Below, piece by piece: positions 40,138 to 51,522 of a stretch of DNA of 64,000 bases; position 1 is the stretch's first letter; every line of letters starts with the position of its first letter. The position numbers and the translations under genes are program-made. Under the pieces are notes generated by a model. The model ran no database searches. It had not been told where the DNA came from and saw nothing but the letters and a program-made list of their open reading frames with translations. Where the stretch lies: NCBI GenBank assembly GCA_963727625.1, contig CAVSHR010000009.1:256001-320000 (forward strand). Direction: 5' to 3'. The stretch is from an uncultured delta proteobacterium (GTDB taxonomy: Bacteria; Desulfobacterota; Binatia; UBA9968).

Positions 40138-43100
40138 TCAATTAACCAAACCCCGTAAGCGGAGCAAATGGTAGCGGCCACGCGGGTTGCCGATAACTGT
40201 GCTCGCCAACGACCTCGGTCGGGTCGTGATTTGCGACATGGGTTCCTTGGTAAAAAACTTCAAAGCGTCGGCATCGTAAAGATAATCCGGATCGAGTAAA
40301 TAAAAATTATTCCACTCCACCTCACTCATTGTAATGGTCGAGTCGGCGGTATTCATTGGTTCTAAAATTTTGGGGCCGTTGTCGTAATCGTTCGCCGCAA
40401 TGTAAGATTGCACCAATACACTGCTTGGCGTTGCGCCTAAAACATAATAATCATCATTACCGTTAAACTCTTTGAGCGTTTCCGCCGTCTGGTTGCCTGG
40501 AGACCATTTCACATGTTTATAAGTTCCCGACAAATTGCCAAGCGGGAAATGAAAGCTATTGATGATAAACTGTTCCGGATTAGACCCAGGGACGGTCCGT
40601 AGCAATTGGAACGGACGACTAAATCGTGAATTGCTATGGGAGTCTGTCACCCGAAAACCCATAGCAGGGTGTTGACCAGGGCTACTACATAGAGCAGCAA
40701 AGACATTTGTCTGGATCACCTCAACGGTCGATGACGCGTATAATCCAACGAGCTCCGCTCTGAAGGGATTGACAGTGACCAGACCGGGACCTTGACGACC
40801 GCCGAAGTCGCCCATGACCACGGTTTGTTCAGCGGTGTCGTTAGGACAGCCTCCGCCTAAATTTCCAAATCCTTTCAACTCGTCCAAGCTCAGGGAAGTG
40901 TTCACCACCTCTCCATCCCGTGGGCCGCCGACCCAAGCTTGCCTCTGAAACGAAACGGCTGTTGAGGATGGCAAACTAAAACGTCCTCCGAGAGTAATAT
41001 CCTTGTTGTAACTGATCGAAATAACCGGTGGCGCCGTGGACGCAATGACCTGCCCGTTCGTAACATCGATGACCACCCAAAACAGTTCCGCTATAACGCT
41101 CCGACTTGGGAAATCGTAGTTCACGGTAAAAGAAGTATCGTCCACTTGATAAGGAGGATTTCCCGCAGATGGCACTCCTATGGGATATTCCCACTTAAGC
41201 CTTTGCAGTGAAACCGTTTCCTCCGGATCGGTTAGTGCTATTTGGATTACTGCTAAAATGCGCCCGTCATTTGTCAGGTTAAACTCCGAATTGAATGAGT
41301 TATAAGGCCGACCGCCGGACGACAGCTGCTCGACGTTGAGGATTACTGGGTAGGTTCGGTTAATGATCTTGGTGTCGGCCGCTCCGAGATCAACGCGGAA
41401 ATCACTAAACGGATTTGTACTATTGTAGGGCCGATAAATGGAAAACTCTTCGTCCCAAACATCGATGGCCGTGTTGACCCACGAGATCAAATATTGCTTG
41501 TAATCTATCCGTTGAGAGAACTGAATCTCGGTTCCAACGTTGATTCCAAGCGGAAAACCGATTTGTTGCATCACCTCGAGATCCACGACTTGGCTAGCCG
41601 TCGGCTGGTCGTCCATTGGCGAGCTGGGAGTTCGGAGGGGGATGTTGCTCGCTCCCAACGGTCGGTTGATTTGATAAGCGTAGAATAAATTCGGTTCCCC
41701 GGGACCCAGCCGGCTCCTGCCAACGAGGGTGTTATCGTTGTCCCCCCATTGAAGTTCCGCGACGTCATTGACCAAGATTTCGGTCGGATACACGCCATCG
41801 GAGTTGCGAAAATACCAGCGTACCGAATCTCTAAATAACTGTTCCAATTGCACGCCTTCAACAACCTTTCCGATCACTGCACCGGGAAAATCACCGTTGG
41901 GCGTTTCGTTGCCGAGCTTGCCTTTATAAACAGCAATGAAGCTTTCAGCGCTGGCGGGAAGTCGATACGGCACGGAAATTTCCTGTCCCGGTTCTGCAGA
42001 TATAATGGTCGACTCCAAAGGCATAAGCGGATTTCTATTGCCCTGTGAATCATCCGCATAGAGTTCGAGCGTGCCGCCGTCGAGCTTTTCTGAAGAGTCG
42101 TTTTTACCTTCCAAGTGGATGATAGAGCCGTCATCTGGATCCTGTGATAACGCGAGATCCAGCTTGCCGCGGAAGAAATAGTCGAGCAGGCCAATTGAAT
42201 ATCCCACCGCGCGCGGCCACAAGAGACGCGCGTAATCCTCATAAACTCGGTCGTCGAGCTGAAGAATCTCCGACGCTGGCTCCGTGTTGCCTAGCAGTTC
42301 CGATGATCGGATACCCGCGTAGGTCGTCTTGAGAAAGTGATCTATCCGCTCGCCATCCCGTTCCTTTTTTACATATACAACTTGATCGGAGATTCCGTCT
42401 TCAGCGGTTAATAGTTCAGGCAATAACTCTGTGAGGATGTTCGTGCTCGACAGACGCGGATACGGCGACCACCATTTGTGACTTTGGGGTAGCGTGTCGG
42501 TGAAGATTGTATTCCGATGGACAAAGTTTGCGTTGGTATATTCCGATAGGCCAAAGGGCGATAGCAAGGCTGGCTGGCCGTTGGCGGTAGCGCCGCTAGT
42601 AAGCGCTGTCGTCGCATCGGGGTTGCTACCGCTGTACTGGTTGGCGTCGAGAAACTTGCTGATAGGGATCGGCGCACTAGTTTCTGGAGTTAGATTAAAT
42701 AGCTGCGGATCGGGCATAATTGGAGTCTGCGCTAGAATTGCTGCGAAGTAGACGGCGCGAGTCGGCTTGGAATCGCAGCCCCCACTGCTCAATGGTAAAA
42801 GTCCAAGGTGAGGCTGGATGGGCTTCATTACGAGCATGGGGTACGGATGAGGCGTCCTGGATAAGGTGTATTTGGTGCCCCAGACCGCGAAATGTTTGGG
42901 CGAGAAGGCTCTCTCTGTCAACTTTGTTTGAACTCGTAAGCCCCCGATAGAATCGCTCTCGCGTTTCCTGCCATGACCAGGAACCTGTACCGTTTAACAA
43001 GGATTGATTAAGTGTCTGCGCCCATATCGCTGCCGAACTCCCTGAGAAAAAATCGCTAAGCCCTGCCTGAGTCCATGGGCTACGAACCGGTTGATGAAAG

Positions 43101-43405
43101 TGATTTAGAAAACGTAGAGAAAGGAAACCAAAGTCGTCCTCGCGTCGACTGCCTAGCTCGTATCCAGTCGCTGGATGGATAGAATTCGTCATTGCCGTTC
43201 TTTAGCAACGTATTTCAGGCCTAGTAGTAAAGCCCAAGCGACTTCTCGAAGCGTTTGATCAAAGATTGACGGCCATCGCTGCTTCGCTACTCAAAGCGAT
43301 GATGTGTCTGGATTTCCCAAGCAAGCGCAATGCTGAAACGTTATGATTGCGAGCTGAGAGCGAACAGTCGCCAACAAAATCGCATCGTATGTTCAAATGT
43401 GTCAT
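40138..43405 (-). pseudogene. large secreted protein with N-terminal Zn phospholipase C / S1-P1 nuclease-like domain; 5' part frameshifted
   Basis: AGGAGG RBS and ATG 43405; ALA-WEIQTHH, FLNHFH and LGHQIHLIQDASSVPHARNEAH in shifting frames; GLLDYFFRG; long open 3' frame. Confidence 0.65.
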
Positions 43406-43468
43406 ATGTCACCTCCTTTCGGGGTATTCGGATTTGCACGATTGGATCACGTTAACTCTGAAAGAGTC

Positions 43469-44033
43469 TCATTTCGATAGTCCATCACGCCTTCGAGAAC
43501 AGAGGAACTTTACATCGGGGAACATCTCAACTCGGAAGATCCGCGATGGAAGTTTTCTGAGTTGCTCCCTTTGACTCAGGTAGCTGATCGACTCCAGCTC
43601 CACTGTGCCGAGCAATGGTCTTGCTCCTACGTTTGAAGAGATCGTCAATCTCCGCGAACCACCCCTGAAAGTACGTATAGCCCGGCTTAAAGACCGTAAA
43701 CCTGGGAAACTTTGTATTCCCGGGTGCTCGCCGTTCGATATTAGGGGCGTCCACAACAAAATATCCCTGGCTATCCGTGACAACCTCGATCGCGTCATAA
43801 TAAATCTCATTCGATTGCACGAGCGCGTACACGTCCCGATACCAAACCGCCACAACTATGGCCCCAGCTATCGGTTGCTTGCTTTTCCCATCAATCACTC
43901 GCCCCCGATACGGACCGGTGCTACCCCTGAGATATACTTCGTTTACGTGCAGCTCCTCTTCCGACTGTACACCAGCGGCACAGCTCGACACACTCATCGC
44001 GATAAGCAATAAACTAAATAATAGCGTCGACAT
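43469..44033 (-). CDS. lipoprotein with carboxypeptidase-regulatory-like beta domain (probable frameshift near 43615)
   Basis: lipobox VSSC, GRVIDGKSKQPIAGA, VTDSQGYF, FKPGY. Confidence 0.65.
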
Positions 44034-44067
44034 TTTCTCCACCCTCAATTAATAATCGACCGTCCTT

Positions 44068-46665
44068 CTAGAACGAGTCGATCCGCCAAATTCCGTCCGA
44101 GTCTATACTGAAATAGACGTAGTACGTGAGCGTCGTTACTACCCCACTTACTACTTGGTCGCGTCGTAATCGGTATTTCGCACGGGCTAGATCGAGATAG
44201 ATCGGCTGGATCGTAGGCATGTCAGATCCTAGAATGGACATTAGGTCGCCCAATTGGTTGAAAAGCGCGGCGTACCGCTCTCGCTCTACACTTATTAGTT
44301 GTTCCAGCGCTTGTGGCACATCCCGCGCAATCAAGGCGCTTCTCATCGCAGACCACCGAGATTGCAAAATGGCGTCAAGCTGCAAGGAATCACGCACCTG
44401 GATGGTAGCGTTCGAGAACCGCTGCACTCCTTGCCCGTCGATCGCCGTGGCAGTGGCGATGTAGACTCCTGGCTGGGTGTATGTAAAAGGCTGTTGGTCT
44501 AATAACGCTCCCGCAAAGTCTACAACTCCATCGCCATCAGCATCCAGTGTCACCTGTTTAACATCAGCATTGGCGCGCAAAGAAAATTTGACCGTTAACG
44601 GCGCAATACCCCCCGTTGGACTGTCGACCAAGTCTCCTGCAGTTAGTTCAGAACCAGTTACAGTGATGTTAATGGTCTGATTCACTGAAATACCGCTGAT
44701 CGTCGTCGCTGTTGCGGAAAGTGTTGTTGTGTCAGGGTTGACGAAGACGGCGGCAATAAACGTATCCGCCTGAACCCCGGCCAGAAATCCGTTCACTGTC
44801 ACTCCGATTTCACCGCCGCTGGAATTGGTCACGGTTCCTCTTACGAGGAGCTGGCCAGCCGCCACCGTCGCGCCGTTGGCGGGACTGGTGATGTTGATGG
44901 ACAATCCATTGGCCACCGTGATTGTGATGGTTTCGGACGCCGATCCGCCTCTTCCATCACTTACCGCGAACGTCAAAATAAACGATCCCACTTGGCTAGC
45001 GGTTGGCGCAAAGGTGAATACACGGCTGCTGGCATCGAAACCGGCATTGGTCGGCAGCGGTAATGGGGATACAGAGTAAGTCAAAGGATCGTCGTCGGGA
45101 TCAGTGGCGCGCACGGAGAATGTCAATGCGCTCCCGACGTTGACGGTCCTATTCCCTATCGGCTCCAAGACCGGTGAACGATTTGCTTTGACTACGGTGA
45201 TGTTGACGCTTGACGAGCTGTTCGCAAGACCGTCGCTTACGGTCAGTTGAAACGTGAGGAGCGTTGTTACCGTTACTGACGGCGCGGTGAAAGCAGGATT
45301 TACCGAACTCGGATTGGACAGCGCTACCGTCGGACCAGCGGTTTGATTCCATTGAAAGCCCAGCGCGTCGCCATCGGGATCGCTGCTGGCGCTGCCGTCT
45401 AAATTAGTCGTCGTGCCTTCGCTGACAGTGCTATCGAAGCCCGCGTTGGCAATGGGTGTACCGTTAGGCTGCACATATTCATGTGCGCCGATATCGAACT
45501 GGGCGGCGCCGCTACGGTCTCCGTCTCGCGGCCGGGTCGCATCGGTAAGGAAATCCGCCTCAAATATCGGATTCAATGTTATATTTAACCCCAAGGTTCG
45601 CGGGTCGATACCCATATCGATAGCCGGCGAGTTCGCCACCAACGTGAAGTCATCGTCAGCCGTATTCGGCAAATTATCCATGCCGTTGATATTCGCGAAA
45701 ACGCTGGTCGCGGCATTGCAGGTCGCACTGGCGCTGACGCCCGGCCCTTCGTTGCCGAGAGGCGTCAGGTTGCCCGAGTCCGTGGCATCGAGAGCAGGAC
45801 CGTTTATTTGTCCAGCGGAATTTCCGCAGATGAGGTTGAAATAGAGCGTGATCCCCAACGGTTGGGATGTTGTGGACGCTTCTCGTTGCACGCCGAAGCG
45901 GCCCCCCTTAGTCCCCGATGCAGTGCCATTCTGGAAAATGATATTGTTCGCTAGAGTGATCTCATGATTGCGCGCCACGTTGACGCCGTTCCAACCGTTG
46001 GAATAGATCGTATTGCCGATTACATAGTGCGGCCCCCCGTCGGCGTCGATAAAGTTGATGCCATTCCTGCCGTTACCATAAATCAGGTTACTGACGATCA
46101 CGCTATCGGGATTATTGCGGGCGATCTGAATGCCACCGTCGCAGGAATTGCTGCCGTTATTGAAAATTCGGTTGCCAATGATGTGAATGCCTTGGTTGCC
46201 GTTGTTGCCGCCCATTAGTGAAATCGCCTGACTGCCGGTGCCGGTGATCACGAGGTCGCGAATCGTAACAAACTTGGACCGCTTTAGGCGAATCGCAAAA
46301 TTGTCCGTGCACTGCGGCCCGGGTGAGCCGGTGAGAGCGACCGAACCAGGGGCGGCACCTGGATCGGATTCGATGATGATTCGGTCGTCTTCACTCGCGC
46401 TCGTAAAATCATTTTTTTGAATCGTCAATTGTTCAGCGTAAGTTCCCGGTTGGATGCGAATGGTATCCCCCGAAGTGGACGCATCGATTGCCGCTTGAAT
46501 GGTGGCGTAACAGGGCGATTGCCCGCCACAGGTCGTGTCACTCCGATTGACGTAACGCAGCCGACCCGGTTGTTGCGCGGGTAAGCCCGAAACCAGAATT
46601 CCAAAAATGAAGACGCAAAGCCCCAACGTTGAAAGGACTCGCATTCTTGCCTCGCTTTTGTTCAA
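44068..46665 (-). CDS. secreted right-handed beta-helix protein with PKD/cadherin-like Ig domains
   Basis: signal peptide, YATIQAAID, repeated I.GN.I..N units, PIANAG...LDGSASSDPDGD, ATDPDDDPLTYS, C-terminal YYVYFSIDSDGIWRIDSF. Confidence 0.8.
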   Translation of the reverse strand: MNKSEARMRVLSTLGLCVFIFGILVSGLPAQQPGRLRYVNRSDTTCGGQSPCYATIQAAIDASTSGDTIRIQPGTYAEQLTIQKNDFTSASEDDRIIIESDPGAAPGSVALTGSPGPQCTDNFAIRLKRSKFVTIRDLVITGTGSQAISLMGGNNGNQGIHIIGNRIFNNGSNSCDGGIQIARNNPDSVIVSNLIYGNGRNGINFIDADGGPHYVIGNTIYSNGWNGVNVARNHEITLANNIIFQNGTASGTKGGRFGVQREASTTSQPLGITLYFNLICGNSAGQINGPALDATDSGNLTPLGNEGPGVSASATCNAATSVFANINGMDNLPNTADDDFTLVANSPAIDMGIDPRTLGLNITLNPIFEADFLTDATRPRDGDRSGAAQFDIGAHEYVQPNGTPIANAGFDSTVSEGTTTNLDGSASSDPDGDALGFQWNQTAGPTVALSNPSSVNPAFTAPSVTVTTLLTFQLTVSDGLANSSSSVNITVVKANRSPVLEPIGNRTVNVGSALTFSVRATDPDDDPLTYSVSPLPLPTNAGFDASSRVFTFAPTASQVGSFILTFAVSDGRGGSASETITITVANGLSINITSPANGATVAAGQLLVRGTVTNSSGGEIGVTVNGFLAGVQADTFIAAVFVNPDTTTLSATATTISGISVNQTINITVTGSELTAGDLVDSPTGGIAPLTVKFSLRANADVKQVTLDADGDGVVDFAGALLDQQPFTYTQPGVYIATATAIDGQGVQRFSNATIQVRDSLQLDAILQSRWSAMRSALIARDVPQALEQLISVERERYAALFNQLGDLMSILGSDMPTIQPIYLDLARAKYRLRRDQVVSGVVTTLTYYVYFSIDSDGIWRIDSF

Positions 46666-46771
46666 TCGAGATATTTATCTGCCATCCTGAACTCGTCACC
46701 CGACGGAATGACTTGCGGCAAGCTTTTAGCGCGTTGGGGTTATCCATGTCCAATAGAAAAATCTAATATCT

Positions 46772-46794
46772 TGTTATAGGATTTTCTTATAACA
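46772..46794. promoter_or_regulatory. inverted-repeat operator upstream of the beta-helix gene
   Basis: TGTTATAGGA-TTT-TCTTATAACA; partly retained in the duplicate near 50459-50481. Confidence 0.5.
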
Positions 46795-47135
46795 CTGCCC
46801 CGGCAGCATGGTTTAGATAGGAGTGCGACGGAAAAGACGCTCAGCATCGCGGCGCCGAGGGAAAAACCGCTGGCCCGGCCAATCGCTGTTATTCGCCGGC
46901 CTTGTCGAAAGTCCATTAAGGAAAAGGGTCTACCATCGGCTACTCGACCGGCAGGTGGCCGGCTCGGCATTTTTGAGGATGTGGTCGACAGATACGGCCA
47001 CGCGGGGTCATGGGATTTTCCGTCGGCCGGGGCCGCGTGTTCTAGACGCTCCGTACGAGCCGCGAATGCCAAAATTCTTTAGCCATGCCGGTTTTGGGTA
47101 ATTTCAAACCGAAACAGCTCGCGCGGCACGCGCGA

Positions 47136-47582
47136 TCACTTCGCAGGCGGGATGACCGCTAAACCGTGCCGCCGACCAACTTCGACGAGTTTTCCAAGGT
47201 CCGGCTTATCCGGCGAAATCTCGCGATCGAGGTCGGCGAACAGTTGCGATGCGCCTTCGCGCGAAGTCATCGATATCATCTCGCCGCCGGCTTTGCCGAA
47301 CCGGAACCAGTGGGTCGTTCCGGCAGGTAGGTGCACGAGCGTGCCTGGCAAGGCGGTCGTCTCGCTCCCGTCAATGCCGAACGCGATCTCTCCCTTTATG
47401 ACATAAAAGGATTCATCCCAGGGGTGGCTATGGGGTGGAGGGCCGCTGTATTCGGGCCCCTCCTGCAGGAATATTTCATAGCTGCCTGTCTGTGCGCCCG
47501 AGGCGAGCACGGTAATTTTTTCCCCCACGATATTTAGTGGCCGCGGTGCGTTTCCGGGCGTGACGATTAATGGTGCGGGCAT
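47136..47582 (-). CDS. cupin domain protein
   Basis: GPPPHSHPWDESFYVIKG, PAGTTH; GGAGG RBS. Confidence 0.88.
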   Translation of the reverse strand: MPAPLIVTPGNAPRPLNIVGEKITVLASGAQTGSYEIFLQEGPEYSGPPPHSHPWDESFYVIKGEIAFGIDGSETTALPGTLVHLPAGTTHWFRFGKAGGEMISMTSREGASQLFADLDREISPDKPDLGKLVEVGRRHGLAVIPPAK

Positions 47583-47769
47583 GAGACACCTCCCTTAATT
47601 GAGCGGATTTGCGCATGTGCTGCTTTTTCAGATCCTATCAGACACTTCAACTCTCTCCAACAACGTGCCTTGACGAAACGCTTACTCTGTTAGAAATGAC
47701 GCGCTTCTATCGCTCACACGGGTGAAGGGTCAAGCTCAATTCGGATGGAATGGGTACTGGCCGAAATCA

Positions 47770-47791
47770 CAGATCGATTTAAATCGATCTG
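47770..47791. promoter_or_regulatory. perfect 22-bp palindrome in a divergent intergenic region
   Basis: CAGATCGATTTAAATCGATCTG. Confidence 0.6.
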
Positions 47792-47994
47792 GTGGAAAAA
47801 TCAGTCTAATCCTGGCGGTTTCCGCGTTCTCGTGCCGCTCAAAGCATGCGATAATTATTCGCAAAGTTGTCCACTGTTGGACAGTAATCCCTACCCGATT
47901 GACTTATGTTAACGTTAGGAATTGAATAATGTAATGTAACCTTTGGACGGTGGCCTACCAGCTTTGGAAGGCCCACCCATTTTGGAGGATCATA

Positions 47995-48255
47995 ATGGAC
48001 AGAACATGGTCGATAGAAATCGAAGCAAAGAAACACCTCATTGAAGTTGACTATGGCAGGAATGCCAGCAGCTGGACCGGCAAACTAGCGGTCGACGGCA
48101 ATGAAGCGCAGACTTGGAAGAATTCTCAGCGGTTGGATCTCCCCCAAGAGATTACTTTCGAGGTGGGAGGCAAAACTGCCGTCTTACGCGCAAAGGGCTT
48201 CTTTAAACCCAGGTTAGATCTCTTTTTTGAAGGAAAATTAATAGAGCAAGCTTAA
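47995..48255 (+). CDS. small hypothetical beta-rich protein
   Basis: GGAGG RBS, MDRTWSIEIEAKKHLIEVDY...DLFFEGKLI. Confidence 0.6.
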   Translation: MDRTWSIEIEAKKHLIEVDYGRNASSWTGKLAVDGNEAQTWKNSQRLDLPQEITFEVGGKTAVLRAKGFFKPRLDLFFEGKLIEQA

Positions 48256-49495
48256 TCCAAAATTAGCCATACCGGAGGGCGAGTTTCAAAACTCCTCGAC
48301 TGCCTTCTTTAGAGGCATTTCAGTGGTGATTACTTCTCTCCTTTGCGCTCACAAGTCTATTCGACTTTTCGTCAAAGGAGCCTGGCAATTTCCCTGATTC
48401 ACCAGTTTCTCCTCCACCTTCTCTGAGAATTATCGGAAACTGGGGAACAATTTCCATCTAGGATTGAACTGTAACCCTACCGTTCGATTATATTCGTAAC
48501 GTAGATCACTTGATTGTCAATCAGACGGTCGATCAAATAGGGTACTGGCTAGGTTTCCACTCGCAGATGAAAAAAGTTTCAAAGTATGTCATCGTGCTGG
48601 CATGGCAAAAACAACAAAGAAGATAACCCGGGACCATCGGCAAAAGACTACAGAATGGATGCTGGGCCAGCCGCTCGCATTTCCTAAGCGGAAAAATCCA
48701 GCCGATGATAGTTTGCCGGCTGGATCAATCATCGAGTCGGCACGTGGAAAATTAACCAGCTCCGCAAAGCCTCAGACCAAACACCACTAATAGGCTTCAG
48801 CCGCCGAAAACTCAATTTCAAGTTGCGGGTCCGACTTCGCGAAATAATTCTTGAAAAACCTGTCCAGGTTATGCGCGTGATTGCGCCAATCCCTTTCCGC
48901 TACAGGTACTTCCTCAATCTACGCGGTCCTTTATCATCTCCTCCCGTTTCAAACCGGTATATTTCTAAAGCTCGCTCAGTTGGCGGCACAACTCGATAAA
49001 CTCAAGGATTATGTTCGGATCATGCGTCTCGGCGTATTTGCCTGCCAGTTCGTCTATTAGGCGCTCGAGTTGTTCGCGCGTGACAAGATTCATCAGCATG
49101 AAGCTGGCATTTATCGCCAACGGTATTTGATTACAAGGCCGCCTAACGGCCGTTGACAGAGAAACGGCCTCCGTATTTGCACCACAGGATTGACCCGATA
49201 GACGCTGCAGTGCAACCGGCGGCCGACCTAATCGCCTTCTTATAGCTCGGCTTTTTGGCACGGCTCGGAAGCGTTATGGAAGCAGGCTAGGCTTCCGAAA
49301 GCGCTCACTAGCGCCATGTCTGGGAAAAAGATCAGCAGGCTTGCCCGGTCGTGGAGAGTAACCGGCAGCATCGAAAGTTCATTTCTTATTGCAGCGGTGG
49401 ATTACTCGCGCCAACCGGGTCCCGTACAAAGCCGCCGGGATGCCCAAGACAAAGGGAGGTTGCCGCGCACGAATTCTCTGATTAGACTGGAATCG

Positions 49496-49755
49496 ATGAG
49501 CGAGAGAACCAAAAAGCAGCCGGGAAAAAAGTCAAACCGCAAGTCGGCGGCGCCGGCCAAAACAGACGCGCACAAGGTGCTGTTGCTCGACGGTCATTCC
49601 CTCGCCTTCCGCGCTTTTTTCGCCCTGCCCGATACCCTGGTCACGTCTTCGGGGCAGGTGACCAACGCCGTTTACGGCTTTACCTCGATGCTGATCAAGC
49701 TGCTCGCCGACGAGCGGCCTCAGGGCGTGGTCGTTTGTTTCGACAAGGGCGCGCC
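49496..49755 (+). pseudogene. polA: duplicated 5' fragment of polA with promoter
   Basis: LLLDGHSLAFRAFFALP...CFDKGAP, near-identical to the 5' region of the polA at 55811. Confidence 0.92.
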
Positions 49756-50345
49756 ACGTTGACGCCGTTCCAACCGTTGGAATAGATCGTATTGACGATC
49801 ACGCTATCGGGATTATTGCGGGCGATCTGAATGCCACCGTCGCAAGAATTACTGCCGTTTCTGAAGACTCTGTTGCCGACGATGTGAATTCCCTGGATAC
49901 CATTGTTGCCACCCATGAGAACAATCGCTTGGCCACCGGTGCCGGTTATTACGAGATCACGAATTGTAATGAACCTAGATTGTTTGAGACGAATAGCGAA
50001 CTTATCTGTGCATTGCGGGCCAGCGGAACCGGTCAGAACCACCGAGCCAGGGTCGGCGCTTGGATCCGATTCGATGACGATTCGGTCCGTTTCGTTTGCG
50101 TTTACAAAGTCATTCTTTTGAATCGTCAATTGCCCCGCGTAAACGCCCGATTGGATGCGAACCGTATCTTTCGCAGTCGACGCGTCGATTGCTGCTTGGA
50201 TCGTAGCATAACACGGTAACTGGCCGGCGCAGGTCTGATCAGTCCTATTGACGTAAAGGACTCGACCCGAATTTTGTGAGTTTACGTGGCCAGCAAAAAT
50301 CCCCAGCAGAAAGATGCAAACCGACCATGCAATAGTGACGCGCAT
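49749..50345 (-). pseudogene. truncated, internally deleted paralogue of the beta-helix gene
   Basis: YVNRTDQTCAGQLPCYATIQAAID...SCDGGIQIARNNPDSVI matches the 5' part of 44068-46665. Confidence 0.9.
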
Positions 50346-50551
50346 TCTTGCCTCGCTCTTGTCCGGTCGACATCTTTATCCGCCGCCCAGCTAGCGGATT
50401 TGCGGCAAGCTTTTAGCGCTTGGACTTATCCTTGTCCAATACAAATTTCCTATATCAGTGTTATAGGGAAATCTTATATCACGCGTTCCAAACGCGCGGT
50501 TTCAAAGCCCTTTGAAGGTCCGAAGGTCGACAAAAAAGCCCCATGTGGCAG

Positions 50552-51292
50552 TTATTGAGCCGCAAGGCTTTGGCTATAAAGACGAATTTGGGAGGGGAAA
50601 ATCTGAACGAATTGAACCAGCACACAGCTAGCGTGTTGGGGGGTAAAAACTGAATAGCCTACATAAAAGAGGTGCGAGTTCATTTCTGGATTGCTTTGGC
50701 CGGTATTCGCGTTCGAAATGTGCTGGAGCTTGTACCCGAGCGTAACCGCACTTTTTGGCGCGAGAAAAAACTGCACGCCTCAACTGACTTCCGGTGTAAA
50801 ATTAAAACGCGCTGAATGCGGAACCGGGATGTCGTATTGGAAATAAAGAAATCCGACGCTTGCCGCCACAAACGGTTTGATCCAGCTCTGCTGTCCAAAA
50901 TTAAGCTTGAAGCCCAAGGGAAAAAGACCGGCTCCGTAAATGCTCGAGCTTCCCCGTCGGACATGGTCAGGCTCGAACACCACCGCTGCGGGAAGGATAT
51001 CCAGTGTGTATTCTAGAGTGATCGAATCCCATGCCGCCAGTATCTGGCCGTAACGAAGCGCGGCCATAAGAAGTTTCCTGTCATCAACGTTGCCTATAAT
51101 TTTTGAGGAAACCGGGGGTCCATCCGCCCAAAAACCGAATTCATTATCGCCTTTGGTCAAAGCGTAAGCACCGGTCGCTGACGCTGGCTCGGCACTGTAA
51201 AGGATCGACTTATGGGAAAAGACCACGCAGACCATTACCACCGCGATCAGGCCGAAACGCTGCCACCGACCCAAGGCCTCAACCTTTCCCAT
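50552..51292 (-). pseudogene. PagL-like acyloxyacyl hydrolase / lipid A deacylase, frameshifted near 50780
   Basis: beta-barrel pattern, FNFTPE then QHISNANTGQSNP (H-x-S-N motif) in another frame. Confidence 0.75.
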
Positions 51293-51522
51293 TTTTCACT
51301 CCCTATGCTCGTAATGCCTGTTTAACCAAGATGCCTTGGCCTTAAGTTAGTGTACAGAAAGGAATGGCCGATAAAAGGGGGGCAAACTTGATTGCTTCGG
51401 CAACGAACTTCCGAGACGACTCCCGGCGCCAGCCACGCCAGCGGGGTAAAATCTCCTGAATGAAATTGATGGAGAATAGAGTTCAGTCTTGGGAGCTCTT
51501 CATCGCTTATCTGTATTGGTCA

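Noticed and set aside
42700-42921. ORF-track N-terminus MTERAFSPKH of the 927-aa ORF
   Set aside because: Out-of-frame artefact; the motif-bearing frame starts at 43405.
48300-49300. Short ORFs and hairpins in the low-coding stretch
   Set aside because: No family motifs or convincing expression signals; cannot be supported without searches.
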